From Hormiphora californensis (taxonomy: Eukaryota > Animalia > Ctenophora): DNA of 64,000 nt. The position numbers were made by a program, and so were the translations under genes. The notes under the pieces are model-generated. The model was not told the origin of the DNA and searched no databases. It was given only the letters and a program-made list of their open reading frames with translations. The stretch lies in NCBI GenBank assembly GCA_020137815.1, contig CM035359.1:8029267-8093266 (forward strand), written 5' to 3'. Shown here piece by piece: positions 12,083 through 23,291 of this stretch; position 1 is the first letter of the stretch; the number at the start of each line of letters is the position of its first letter.

Positions 12083-12847
12083 TTATAACGTCGTGACGTC
12101 ACGCTATGACGTCACAAAGACGTCAAAATTGAAATTTTCGTACTCCTGACGATCTTTACAAGTTCTGCTACGTCCAGACATGTCTTACATCGTATTTCAC
12201 ATCAGAAAATACCAAAAATGAACCTAAATTATGCCGGGCAAAGGTGTCAGTTTGACAACAAAAGTGGTCACCTTTCCAGCCAACTAATTTCTTTTAGTTT
12301 TTGGCATAATAATGTAATAGATTTTTGTAGCTCATCAGGAACCGGAGATGTGACCAATTATGATAATGCCAAAGGAAACTTACGCGGTTATTATCATAAG
12401 TGATCATATCTCCGGTTCCTGATGAGCTACAGAAATCGTTTGCATACCGTTGGAAAGGGAATGGCGAAGGTTTGAAGTCTTTATCTTATCAGGAACAGGA
12501 GTTATGAGCCAAAACGTGAAAAGTCAATCTTGAAAAACTTTTTCTTGCGTGTTTTTTGAAAAACGAAATTGGTTTGGCAAGCATTTTTTTTTGCGCATAC
12601 CACGCTAGTGTCTCCCACTACTATCAGTGACTTTTATTACACTTGTTTAGGTTAGTTTCATGCTTAATAGATATTGTGGCAAAGTTATCCGGCCTTGTCT
12701 GCCCTTTTTCTACCACAAATTAGGATATTTACAATGATTCCTAGCCATGAAATCCAAGCACAATTTGGTGTAAAAAATTTAATTTCTTTATAAAAACAAA
12801 TTTGATTTTAATTTAAATTAGGATTTTATATAAATTAGGATTTATAT

Positions 12848-12997
12848 AAATTAAGTCCAAAAACCAATTAAATAAATTAGTTTGGATGCCCGGGCCCATG
12901 TGGTGTCACGGGGGTAATACCTTTAGGCTACTGCCATAATTAACGGCATATCTCGTTAAGTTATCCTTCAATCTTTCTATCTCTATCTATCTCTCTC

Positions 12998-13080
<83 letters not shown>

Positions 13081-13325
13081 CACTATTTCTCTTTCTCTTT
13101 CTCTCTCACTGTTTCTTTCACTATATCTCTCTTTTTTTCTCTCTCCTCTTATTTATCTCTCCGTCTTTCTTGATTATATCTCACTCTTTCTATCCTATTT
13201 TTCATTGCCTTTATCTCTCTCGATATCCATCATTTATGACAGTAGCCTAAAGGTATTACCCCCGTGACACCACATGGGCCCGGGCATCCAAACTAATTTA
13301 TTTAATTGGTTTTTGGACTTAATTT
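12848..13325. mobile_element. Foldback element: ~85-bp inverted arms bracketing a (CT)n tract, TTAA at both ends
   Basis: ttaagtccaaaaaccaatt...ggcccatgtgg / ccacatgggcc...ggtttttggacttaa; an arm recurs at 16155-16209. Confidence 0.7.
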
Positions 13326-13874
13326 CTATTCTTTTTGGTGTTAAATAGCTATTTTTTCTGATTTCTGCATATTTTCGAACTTGAATAGTTCATAAATATG
13401 CGAATAACGACTAAACGGTGAGAGATACGACTTTTTGTCAGGGGGACCACCCCTCATAAATCGACTATTCTGCGCCGGAATATGTCCATGAAAACGTCCT
13501 AGGACCAGCCGAAGTGGAAATATTAAGAACTAGAAAGCCCGTTAAAGTAGAGCACCCGTTGACCCAAATCCCCACACCCTCCCTGACCCAGGAGCACCCC
13601 TCTCACCCGCTGGAAAGCCCGTTGGTTGGACCCCGTTGATATCTCTCTCTCTCTATCTCTCTCTCTCTCACTCTCTCTTTCTCCATCTCTCTCTATCTCT
13701 CTCTACTTCTCTGTCTCTATCTCTCTGTCCATCTATCTCTATCTCTCTCTCGCTGTCCCTATATCTCTATCTCTCTCGCTGTCCCTATATCGCTATCTTT
13801 CTCGATCCATCTCTCTGTCTCTCTAGCTATCTCCTCCCTCTCTCTCTCCCCCCTCTCTCTCGCCCTCATTCTCT

Positions 13875-13995
<121 letters not shown>

Positions 13996-14429
13996 TCCCT
14001 CTCACTCTCTCACTCCATCATGTCGGTGTCGGGCTGATGAATATAGAGGATGGTAGAGTGGTAGGAATCGTGATGAACATCAAGGGTGATGAGAAGAGAG
14101 CCGCTTGAAACATGCCGAATTGGTGATAATATCACTGATAAACATCCGTAGAATTGTAGCTGTTTAGAGTAATCAACGGGGTACGTATAGGTAGAAAATC
14201 TTTGGCATTCATCGGGGCAGCAACAGTAGATGACACACCACCACAAAACACCGCAGGAACACGAAACACAACACCCAACAACATGCACGTGCAGTATTCA
14301 GACCCTTGCCCACCAACCATAACAACCCCTTGATTTGCACGGGCAAATGGGCAAATTGTTGCACGCTAGTGTTGCAAGCTAGGATACTCCATCACTACCA
14401 CGCCACTCATTTGTACTTTATAATAAGGA

Positions 14430-14724
14430 CTAGCGCACCCATTGGGTGCGCCTCAAGTTAGGGCTTTTTGATAACCCATCCGGCTTCGCCGGGTGGTTCT
14501 TTTCGCCCATTTCAACGTCAATAACACGGTTGCCATGGCAACTGAATTGTTGAAATTCATTTGAAAATATTAACAAACTTCCACTGGAAGTTCCAAAAGT
14601 GTGAATAACAGCTTTACAGCTTTGGTCATATGAAGTGTTTTATGAAGGAGCAGTCTGTCGCTTAGATACCGCCTAACGAACGACCACCACTTCGACGTCG
14701 TTCATCTCCAAATTATAATAGAGA
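14430..14724 (-). mobile_element. Non-autonomous Helitron
   Basis: On - strand 5'-TC start, hairpins CCCGGCGAAGCCGG and GCGCACCCAATGGGTGCGC, CTAG end; same family as 21471 onwards. Confidence 0.85.
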
Positions 14725-15180
14725 TATGCATTAAATCATGAATCGGTGCATAAATATGCAAATAACGGCTTAACGGTGCCAGATAGAGATTTTTGTTCCG
14801 AGTGAGACCCCCCATAAATCGACTATTTTGCGTCGAAATATGTCCATGAAAATGTTCTAGGATCAGCTGAACTGGAAACATTCAGAATATGCATTAAATC
14901 ATGAATCGGTGCATAAATATGCAAATAACGGCTTAACGGTGCGAGATACGACTTTTTGTCCAGGGGACGACCCCCCATAAATCGACTATTTTGCGTCGAA
15001 ATATGTCCATGAAAACGTTCTAGGACCAGCCGAAGTGAAAATATTAAAAATATGCATAAAATCGTAAATAGGTGCATTAATATGCAAATAACGGCTTAAC
15101 GGTGCGAGATAGAGATTTTTGTCCCGAGTAAGAACCCCCATAAATCGACGATTCCGCGTCGAATAAGACCGGTTTCAAGA
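14725..15180. repeat. Imperfect tandem repeat (~165-170-bp period)
   Basis: atatgcaaataacggcttaacggtg...ccccataaatcgac recurs at about 14753, 14917 and 15080; related copy 13395-13530. Confidence 0.7.
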
Positions 15181-15812
15181 TTCTATGACCTTCCAGTCGT
15201 GTCATATCGCGACCATGAATATTTAATGACTAATTAATGAATAATTAATGAACTGTGGCGATTTCGAAGTTCTCACACAGCTATTACCGAGCGCAATGAT
15301 GTAAGGAAACACTGTTCCAAACGGCAAGTCTCTACTATTTGTGGTTTAGGAGAACACTCAAAGATAAAAAAGCGTCCTCCTCCCCTCCCCCTCCTTACAT
15401 TTTTGCATTTTGGGACCCCTCTGGCAAATTTTTACTTAACATCCGATCGTTCTGAAAATTTGCATGCCTCTTCTCCTATATGAGGGCCCTCAGAGTACAA
15501 AATTTCAGCTCTCTACTTCATCTGGAACATGCTTTTTTAAAGCATCAAAAACTCCGAAATCTGCAATGGTTTATAGTAGCACTGGCAGGTTTTCATGCGC
15601 TTGTGTGTAGAAGTTTTGCGTGTGCTCTCTCTTTTGTTTTTTGAGTTAGAGGGTATTTCTAAGGTGAGGGCTCTGCCCCCACACCCCCGTTTATGGTGGG
15701 GGCTGTGCCCCCACACCCCCCTTTTGGGCCCGGGGCACTTGCCAGTGCTATGATTAGGATTTATAAAAACAAATTTAATTTTAATTTAAATTAGGATAGA
15801 AAGAGTGAGATA

Positions 15813-15860
<48 letters not shown>

Positions 15861-16242
15861 AGCGAGAGAGAAGCAGAGGAGGGGCGGGCATCGCGAGAGA
15901 GAAGAGAGAGAAGACGAGCGAGAGAGAGAGCGATCGCACTGCCGATCCTCTCGCTCTCTCTCGCTCTCTCTCTTCGCTCTCTCATCTCGCTCGTCTTCTC
16001 TCTCTCTCGCTCTCTCTCGTCTCTGCCTCTCTCTCTCGCTCTCTCTCTCTCGCTGTCGTCCCCGCTCTTCGCGATCTTAGGTCCTCCCTCTACTTACAGT
16101 ATCTCCCGTTAATTTCTCGCTCTTAGCTTTTCTTTCCTTACCTCCCCCCGTACTCCACATGGGCCCGGGCATCCAAACTAATTTATTGAATTGGTTTTTG
16201 GACTTAATTCATATACTAGTGAGGTGTCAATACTCTTTTCAG

Positions 16243-16333
16243 TACCCGGGGATCTGTTAAGCTAGCTTGTCTTAATGGCCAGTTATCGTGGACTTCTGAT
16301 CGGAACTGCTACCCTAGTATAAACTGTTTTGGG
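16243..16333 (+). CDS. Exon of C-type lectin/Sushi protein gene (Sushi/CCP C-half)
   Basis: ctcttttcag acceptor in phase 2; STRGSVKLACLNGQLSWTSDRNCYPSINCFG supplies the remaining two Sushi cysteines; gtatgt donor (an alternative donor at 16317 is possible). Confidence 0.7.
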
Positions 16334-16665
16334 GTATGTCGTGCGTATGTGCGTGTATGACACAATAGATCAATAAATCAATCAAAACTGCCGCTGGCAG
16401 TGGCATGTCCCGCAATAAATCATATAATGTCAAGAAAACTATCCACACTGGACAAAACTTGGTGGCGAATGGCGATACAGGGTGGCGCATCAGAATTAAT
16501 AACACGAAGACGGGTAAGGTCTTTTGTGTGCGTTTACCATGTTACCCTAACCTGGTACCCACCATGTCAATTTGTTTCACGCAGTTAGTAGTAGTAATAA
16601 TTATTATTTAAAATTATTATTATTTAAAATAAATCAGTAAAGTGAAACTTACAAAGTAATACAAG

Positions 16666-16752
16666 ATTTAATAATCGTCTAATCAAGTTTCATGCTTTCA
16701 CAATCGTCAGACGATTGTGAAAGCATGAAACTTGAGTAAACGATTATTAAAT
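16666..16752. ncRNA. Inverted hammerhead pair folded back at the catalytic core
   Basis: Palindrome centred on 16709. - strand: aatcgt-CTGACGA-ttgt gaaa gcat-GAAA-cttgat-TA-gacgatt. + strand: CAGACGA...GAAA-c ttga g-TA-aacgatt. Confidence 0.65.
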
Positions 16753-16864
16753 TTAGGGTAGGTCTGAATTTAGGGTAGGTCTGAATTTAGGGTAGGTCTG
16801 AATTTAGGGTAGGTCTGAATTTCGGGTAGGCCAATTTAGGGTAGGTCTAAATTAAAGGTAGGTC
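16750..16864 (+). repeat. 17-bp minisatellite AATTTAGGGTAGGTCTG
   Basis: About 6.5 units; reverse-orientation relative at 60583-60682. Confidence 0.85.
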
Positions 16865-16894
16865 CGTAACGTATCGTTTATGAAATCATGATTA

Positions 16895-17775
16895 GATCGC
16901 TGAACCGTGTCCCGTATCTCGTATCAACTCATTGCAATTCGAGGTTAGACACAGATTAGTTCACTGAACCACTTCCCGTATCTCGTATCAACTCATTACA
17001 ATTCGATGTTAGACACACTAGATCAGGTCGCTGAACCACATCTCGTATCAACTCATTGCAATTCGATTTTAGACACAGATCAGGTTGCTGAACTACGTCC
17101 CGTATGGGGGGAGACACACTGAAGTTGAGCGCGCTCGTTCAAATCTCAACCTCGCGACACGCACTGAAGTTCGAAGTTCGAAGTTTCGCGAAAACCAATT
17201 TTCGGCTGAGAAATCATTTGTAAGATGCTAACTTACTTACTGTTACCGGTACATTTCTAAAAGTGTCCATATCCATACCGAGTCAATTTCACCGTTTTTT
17301 AAATGTTTGGCTAATCCGGTCACAGTTGTCCCAATTCACCAAAAATTTTAAAAACGGTTAAATTGACTCGGTATGGACAAAGGACACCTCGAGAGATGTA
17401 CCAGTAAATAAGTTAGCACAATTAAGAAATGATTTCTCAGCCGAAAATGGGGTTTCGCGAAACTTCGACATTTTCCGCGAAACTTCAAAGGGGGGGGGGG
17501 TGACACGTAACACTTTGTAACACTTTGTAACATGTGCAGAAAACTTTTTGTGCACGTTACATGTTACAAAGTGTTACAAAGTGTTACGTGTCACCCCCCC
17601 CCCCTTCAAACCGCGAAACTTCAGTGTGTTTCACGCGGTTGAGAGTTGAACGCGCGCGACCAACCTCAGTGTGTCTCCCCCCTATCTCGTATCAACTCAT
17701 TGCAATTCGATGTTAGACATAGATCAGGTCACTGAACTACGTCCCGTATCTCGTATCAACTCATTGCAATTCGAG
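16895..17775. repeat. ~60-bp tandem repeat (gtcccgtatctcgtatcaactcattgcaattcg...) interrupted by a nested palindromic element (about 17105-17683)
   Basis: Units at 16908, 16975, 17040, 17684, 17741 and 18631; internal inverted repeats 17180-17300/17352-17470 and 17490-17605. Confidence 0.7.
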
Positions 17776-17779
17776 GTAT

Positions 17780-18604
17780 TAGTCAGGACCACTATTGGTG
17801 CGCGGTCGTGCCCACGGAAGGAGTGCTTGGATCATCTTGAAACCGGTTTTAAGCTCACTAATGCATACCCAAAAGTGTCTATAGCCATTTGGGTGATGTT
17901 CTGACAATCCAATCACGAGTTATGACCGAAAAACAGTCAAAAAAGACGTTTTAAAGTGACAAAAAGGAGGATCTGAACACAGCCCTTATATGAAGGGCTG
18001 GGGCTTTGAAACTTCTTGTGTGGACAGAGAATCGTCCAAATTTGCAGTGTCAACTTTCAGATAGTTTCTATCTTTTGTAGTTATCTAATTAGAGCCATTC
18101 AAACATGTGAGACGATCTTTATGACCCTGCAAAACAGGGTCATTAGGTACTACTTCCATCTCATATTGCTTGCTCTCACCGCTTGTATGCTTTAATCCGC
18201 TCTCTAATTGGGCAAATCTCGTCAAGTGATCACTTCACAAGCAGTATTATAGGCCCCTTTAGCAACTTCTCACATGTTTAAACGACTCTAATTAGATAAC
18301 TACAAAAGATAGAAACTATCTGAAAGTTGACACTGCAAATTTGGACGATTCTCTGTCCACACAAGAAGTTTCAAAGCCCCAGCCCTTTCATATAAGGGCT
18401 GTGTTCAGATCCCTCCTTTTTTGTCACTTTTAAACGTCTTTTTTTGACTGTTTTTCGGTCATAACTCGTGATTGGATTGTCAGAACATCACCCAAATGGC
18501 TACAGACACTTTTGGATATGCATTAGTTAACTTAAAACCGGTTTCAAGATGATCCAAGCACTCCTTCCGTGGGCACGACCGCGCACCAATAGTGGTCCTG
18601 ACTA
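17780..18604. mobile_element. Academ-like foldback element with ~330-bp TIRs
   Basis: Termini TAGTCAGGACC...GGTCCTGACTA; 3-bp TSD TAT; near-identical copy at 40929. Confidence 0.8.
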
Positions 18605-18835
18605 TATACACAAATTAGGTCGCTGAATCACGTCCCGTATCTCGTATCAACTCATTGAAATTCCATCTTAATCACCGATTAGGTCGGTAAACGGTGAACT
18701 GTGTTCCTTATCACATAAAGTGAAATTAGAACTGTTTCGCTGATTAGTTTATGAACGTAGATGTAGATTTTCACCCTGAGTTGAAATCTGTTTAAGAAGA
18801 CCAATTTATTTGCCAATATACAATATACATCCTTA

Positions 18836-18875
18836 TTTCAAAGTTTTCAACACTACTTTAAACAAATTAATTGAG
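18836..18875 (+). ncRNA. Ctenophore-type spliced-leader (SL) exon sequence
   Basis: tttcaaagTTTTCAACACTACTTTAAACAAATTAATTGAG closely matches the Pleurobrachia SL as I recall it (...TTTTCAACACTACTTTAAACAAATTAATTTGAG); the match is from memory and has not been aligned. Confidence 0.7.
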
Positions 18876-19112
18876 GTTCCGTTCAACTTCTACTCGTTAA
18901 TCTTATGAGAGCTCTGCTCAATTCATCTCTTTTCTAAAGACAAGACAAGTCTGGTGTTCCTGTCTCCCTCTACATTGCACCCGGAGCTCATCTACGGACA
19001 AGCAGGGAGAAGGGAATACGATGCCTTCTTCAATATTTTCAATTTTGATATTATATAATAAATAAGGGAAGAGACCCCATAGACGCCTATCTCGGGGAGA
19101 GCCGTGCCATTA

Positions 19113-19403
19113 GGGGAAACTCTAACTGATTGGCATCCCATTAATGGGATCCCATCAACAGTAAAACTCTAACTGATAATGGACCACAGTGATGGTTCTT
19201 TCTCTGTATTCTCTCTGTGTGCGCGCCCGTACCCGGGCATGCCCTATAGTTCTTTCTCTGTATTCTCTCTGTAGGCAGTACATAGATGTACTGCCTACAG
19301 AGAGAATACAGAGAAAGAACCATCACTGTGGTCCATTATCAGTTAGAGTTTTACCTGTTGATGGGATCCCATTAATGGGCTTCCATTCAGTTAGAGTTTC
19401 CCC
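19113..19403. mobile_element. Palindromic MITE, PIF/Harbinger (Tourist)-like
   Basis: GGGGAAACTCTAACTGA...TCAGTTAGAGTTTCCCC; TTA/TAA flanks; copies at 22269 and about 32731. Confidence 0.7.
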
Positions 19404-21470
19404 TAACAACCCAGGTGACCTTTTAAAAAAACTTTTACTTTTATCTTGCCCCCTTGAGTGGAACTTATTCCCTAAAAACTGGAAATACAGCTGACCCCAT
19501 TTTTTTTTCCCTCAGACGAAAGACCATCTTGGGAAAAGGGCCTTACACGACAAATTTAATTTCGCTGTTTTGGGGTGTGGCCCCTTTCCTTCCTTTTTTT
19601 ACAAAACTGCCTTCTTCCACACATAGCGTTCATTTTACATTGTACTCAAATTGAGGTTGGAGTGGTGGTGTTGAGCAGTGAAACAAGATGGTGGACCTGC
19701 ACCACCGAATGAATTACAATGATCTTAAACTTACCCACAGTCGGCAGACGTTAAATAGGGGTAGGTTCATGAGGGAGGGGGGGGGGAACGGGACTCAAGG
19801 GAAGTATTAAATCTAATTGTGTTATTAATGAGTAAAATAACTGCTAGATGACAAACAGTATAAGAGTGCCTTTAAGCGTACTTTTTTTAAATAATTTAAA
19901 TGAGTTTTTTAAGGACGGAAGAACTCGCGCCAGAGGCTGTAAACTATTAGTAAGAGTAGTGGGTTATTCATTTTGTAGTTCCATGCGCAGATTCTGCAAA
20001 TGCCTTGCAAGCCAAGTATTTGAGTGAATATTAGACCCAGCTCGCGTTCCATGGCAATAAGGGAAAAAAGTGCACACAAACGCAACACACATCTGCAAAA
20101 ATTCTGTCCAACTCCATTTCCCACAATTGCTAGGCAAATAAGTTGAGAGACCTGGCCTTCGCACAAGCAAAAAGAGCCTCACCTCGGTTCTCTCCCGCCA
20201 TATGAAGAGCGATAGACTCTTCTATTCGCTCTCTCTCTCGCGTAGCTCGATGGCTCTCGCGATGCGCGCGCGCGCGAGAGAGGAGCGATCGCGCGAGAGA
20301 GCGAGAGAGCGACGCCGCTAGCGAGAGGCCGCGAGAGAAGACGGCCTCGACGAGCGAGAGAGAGCAGCCGAGCAGAGAGAGAGAGTGACGAGAGGAGAGA
20401 TGAGACGCAGAGATTCGAGAGATGCGAGAGAGAGAGGCGAGAGAGCGCCGCGCGAGGAGAGAGATGCGAGCAGAGCGAGGAGAGAGAGAGCGAGAGAGAG
20501 AGAAGATACGAGCGCGAGAGAGCGAGAGAGAAGAGGAGAGAGAAGAGAGAGAGCCGCGGCGAGATAGAGCGCTAGAGATGAGAGAGAGTATGAGCGAGTC
20601 TAGCGTATCTAGAGAGACGAGTAGATCAGCGAGAGCGAGGCGGAGCCGAGGCGCGAGCGCCGAGCGAGAGAGCGTAGGAAGAGAGAGACGCGTAGCAGCT
20701 AGAGGAGATCGTGAGCGAAGAGAGTGCGAGCGCTCTGCGCAGCGAGAGAGAGAGAGAGAGAGGATCGCGGAGCGAAGAGAGTAATAGAGAGAGAGAGAGC
20801 GCGCATAGAGAGATCGAGAGATTCCGAGAGAGATCGAGGGAGAGAAGAGCGAGCAGATACGAGAGAGAGCGATCTCGCGCTCGCGATCGAGAGATGAGAG
20901 ATAGAGAGAAGGAACGTACTAGACGTATATAGAGAGAGCGAGATACTATAGACAGAGAGAGAGATAGTAGAGTAGATAGTGACGAGACGAGGAGAGATAT
21001 CTGAGATCGGCTCTCTCGTATATCTAGCTAGAGCTAGAGTAGATAGCGATCGATATCTCTGCTCTATTATCTCTCTGCTACGTAGGATATCTATATGATA
21101 GGGGACGGGGAACATATAAATGGTAGCGGTTCTTCATGTCCGCATTCATTTTCAAATTTAAGTTCCATCCCAGTTTTGATCCCAATCCGTCCCAATTTGG
21201 CTTTAACTTTTTTTCTGTTTTCTTCAAATCTGGGGCAATATTATTTTTACGCTGTTCAATGGCTCAATGCCCGTATGAAACTGATGACCCTTCAGTGTGT
21301 AACCCCATATAAGTGTGGTTGCACCCCCTTTCGCCTGCAACTGACAGACTGGGCGACGTCTATTTTGCAGATATCTGCAAAACTGCAGATATTCGGCTAA
21401 TTCAGGAGCTTGGTTTTTCTGCGAATACTTCGCAAAAAAATCCAAAAGATTTTGCGAAGTATCTGCAGAA

Positions 21471-22102
21471 TCTCTATTATAATTTGGAGATGAACGTCGA
21501 AGTCGTTCGTTAGGCGGTATCTAAGCGACAGACTGCTCCTTCATAAAACACTCTACATGTGCCCACTTTTGGAACTTCCGGTGGAAGTTTGTTGATATTT
21601 TCGAATGACTTTTAACATGCCAGTCCCCATAGTTACCAATTCAGTTGCCATGGCAACCGTGTTATTGACGTTGAAAGGGCAGAAAAGAACCACCCGGCGA
21701 AGCTGGGTTGGTTATCAAAAAGCCCTTACTTGAGGCGCACCCAATGGGTGCGCTAGTATCTGAAATTTTGCAGAATATCGGTGCATGGAACTAGGGGGTT
21801 ATAATTTGGAGATGAACGTCGAAGTGGTCGTTCGTTAGGCGGTATCTAAGCGACAGACTGCTCCTTCATAAAACACTTCATATGACGAAAGCTGTAAAGC
21901 TGTTGCTCACACTTTTGGAACTTCCAGTGAAAGTTTGTTGATATTTTCGAATGACTTTTAACATACCAGTCTTCATGGTTACCGATATAGTTGCCATGGC
22001 AACCGTGTTATTGATGTTGAAAGGGGCGAAAAGATCCACCCGGCGAAGCCGGGTGGGTTATCAAAAAGCCCTTACTTGAGGCGCACCCAATGGGTGCGCT
22101 AG
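21471..22102 (+). mobile_element. Two non-autonomous Helitron copies (21471-21756, ~21799-22102)
   Basis: TCTCTATTATAATTTGGAGATG start; double 3' hairpin; CTAG|T end. Confidence 0.85.
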
Positions 22103-22268
22103 TTTATTTAATGTGCAATTTGTACGTTTATATAATATCTTTTCAAATCAAATCAAATCAAATCAAACTCTTATTTACATTAATTTACACATGAAATTAT
22201 TACAACAAAATATTAAAAAATGAACCCGTTGTTGCACATTTTGTTCAGTGGTGGCCTTAGTCGTGTAA

Positions 22269-22578
22269 GGGGAAACTCTAACTGAATGGCATCCCATTAA
22301 TGGGATCCCATCAACAGTAAAACTCTAACTGATAATGGACCACAGTGATGGTTCTTTCTCTGTATTCTCTCTGTATGCACGCCCGTGCCCGGGCAATGCC
22401 CGGGCACGGCGGGCATGCCCTATAGTTCTTTCTCTGTATTCTCTCTGTAGGCAGTACATAGATGTACTGCCTACAGAGAGAATACAGAGAAAGAACCATC
22501 ACTGTGGTCCATTATCCGTTAGAGTTTTACTGTTGATGGGATCCCATTAATGGGATGCCATTCAGTTAGAGTTTCCCC
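22269..22578. mobile_element. Palindromic MITE, PIF/Harbinger-like
   Basis: Same TIRs as 19113; TAA on both sides. Confidence 0.75.
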
Positions 22579-23157
22579 TAAATGAGCGTCTTCGATGTCA
22601 TGTCACACCCGCCAACACCATTGGTGTGAACATAGAAACCAAGAAATTAATTGAAAAAGTTTGAAATAATTTCGCAACTTGCTGATTCGACAAAACCATT
22701 ATAAACCCAACTTCGGGTTTACCCGTCTTCGTGTTATTAGCCGTAATGCGCCACCCTGCATCCCCACCCAGTTTTTTCCAGTGTGGCTGGTTTTCTTGAC
22801 ATTATATGATTTATTGCGGCTAGCAGTGTTTGATTGATTGATTGATTGATTGATTGACGAGGGGAAGCTTGCCTTTTGCAATCATAATAATAATTCTTGT
22901 TATTTCAGCATGGATGTAGTGGGAGTGGATACGATCATAACAACGGTGAATCATCAAGTAACCTAAATATTATATCAATGAATGAGATCTGTTCAGGATT
23001 AAATAGGGAGGAAAATTAGAAAAATATCTGGCGAGGGCCGGGCTCGAACCGACAACCTCTGGGTTTCGCGTCCATTGCTCTACCTATTGAGGTAGGTAGA
23101 GCAATGGACGCGAAACCCAGAGGTTGTCGGTTCGAGCCCGGCCCTCGCCACCAAAGA

Positions 23158-23230
23158 GGCGGGGTAGCTCAATAGGTAGAGCAATGGACGCGAAACCCAG
23201 AGGTTGTCGGTTCGAGCCCGGCCCTCGCCA
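23158..23230 (+). pseudogene. tRNA-like sequence of the 332-bp repeat family
   Basis: Identical 73-nt cloverleaf to 47191-47263; preceded by an inverted partial copy (23029-23091) and a direct partial copy (23095-23150); duplicate at about 33581-33655. Confidence 0.75.
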
Positions 23231-23291
23231 GATTAGTTTTCATGTTCTAGGTCCAATCAGAACGTCGTGACAAACTGTCATAAAGATATAA

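Noticed and set aside
12413-12445. CTGATGA...GAAA resembling a hammerhead
   Set aside because: No stem II or stem I pairing; part of a palindromic DNA-element repeat.
16750-16864. TTTAGGG/TTAGGG-containing repeats as telomere relics (also 35715-35750)
   Set aside because: The unit is 17 bp or degenerate and embedded in TE repeats, not a telomeric array.
20215-21100. Complex GA/CG-rich stretch
   Set aside because: Looks like an error-rich read through a (GA)n tract rather than real structure.
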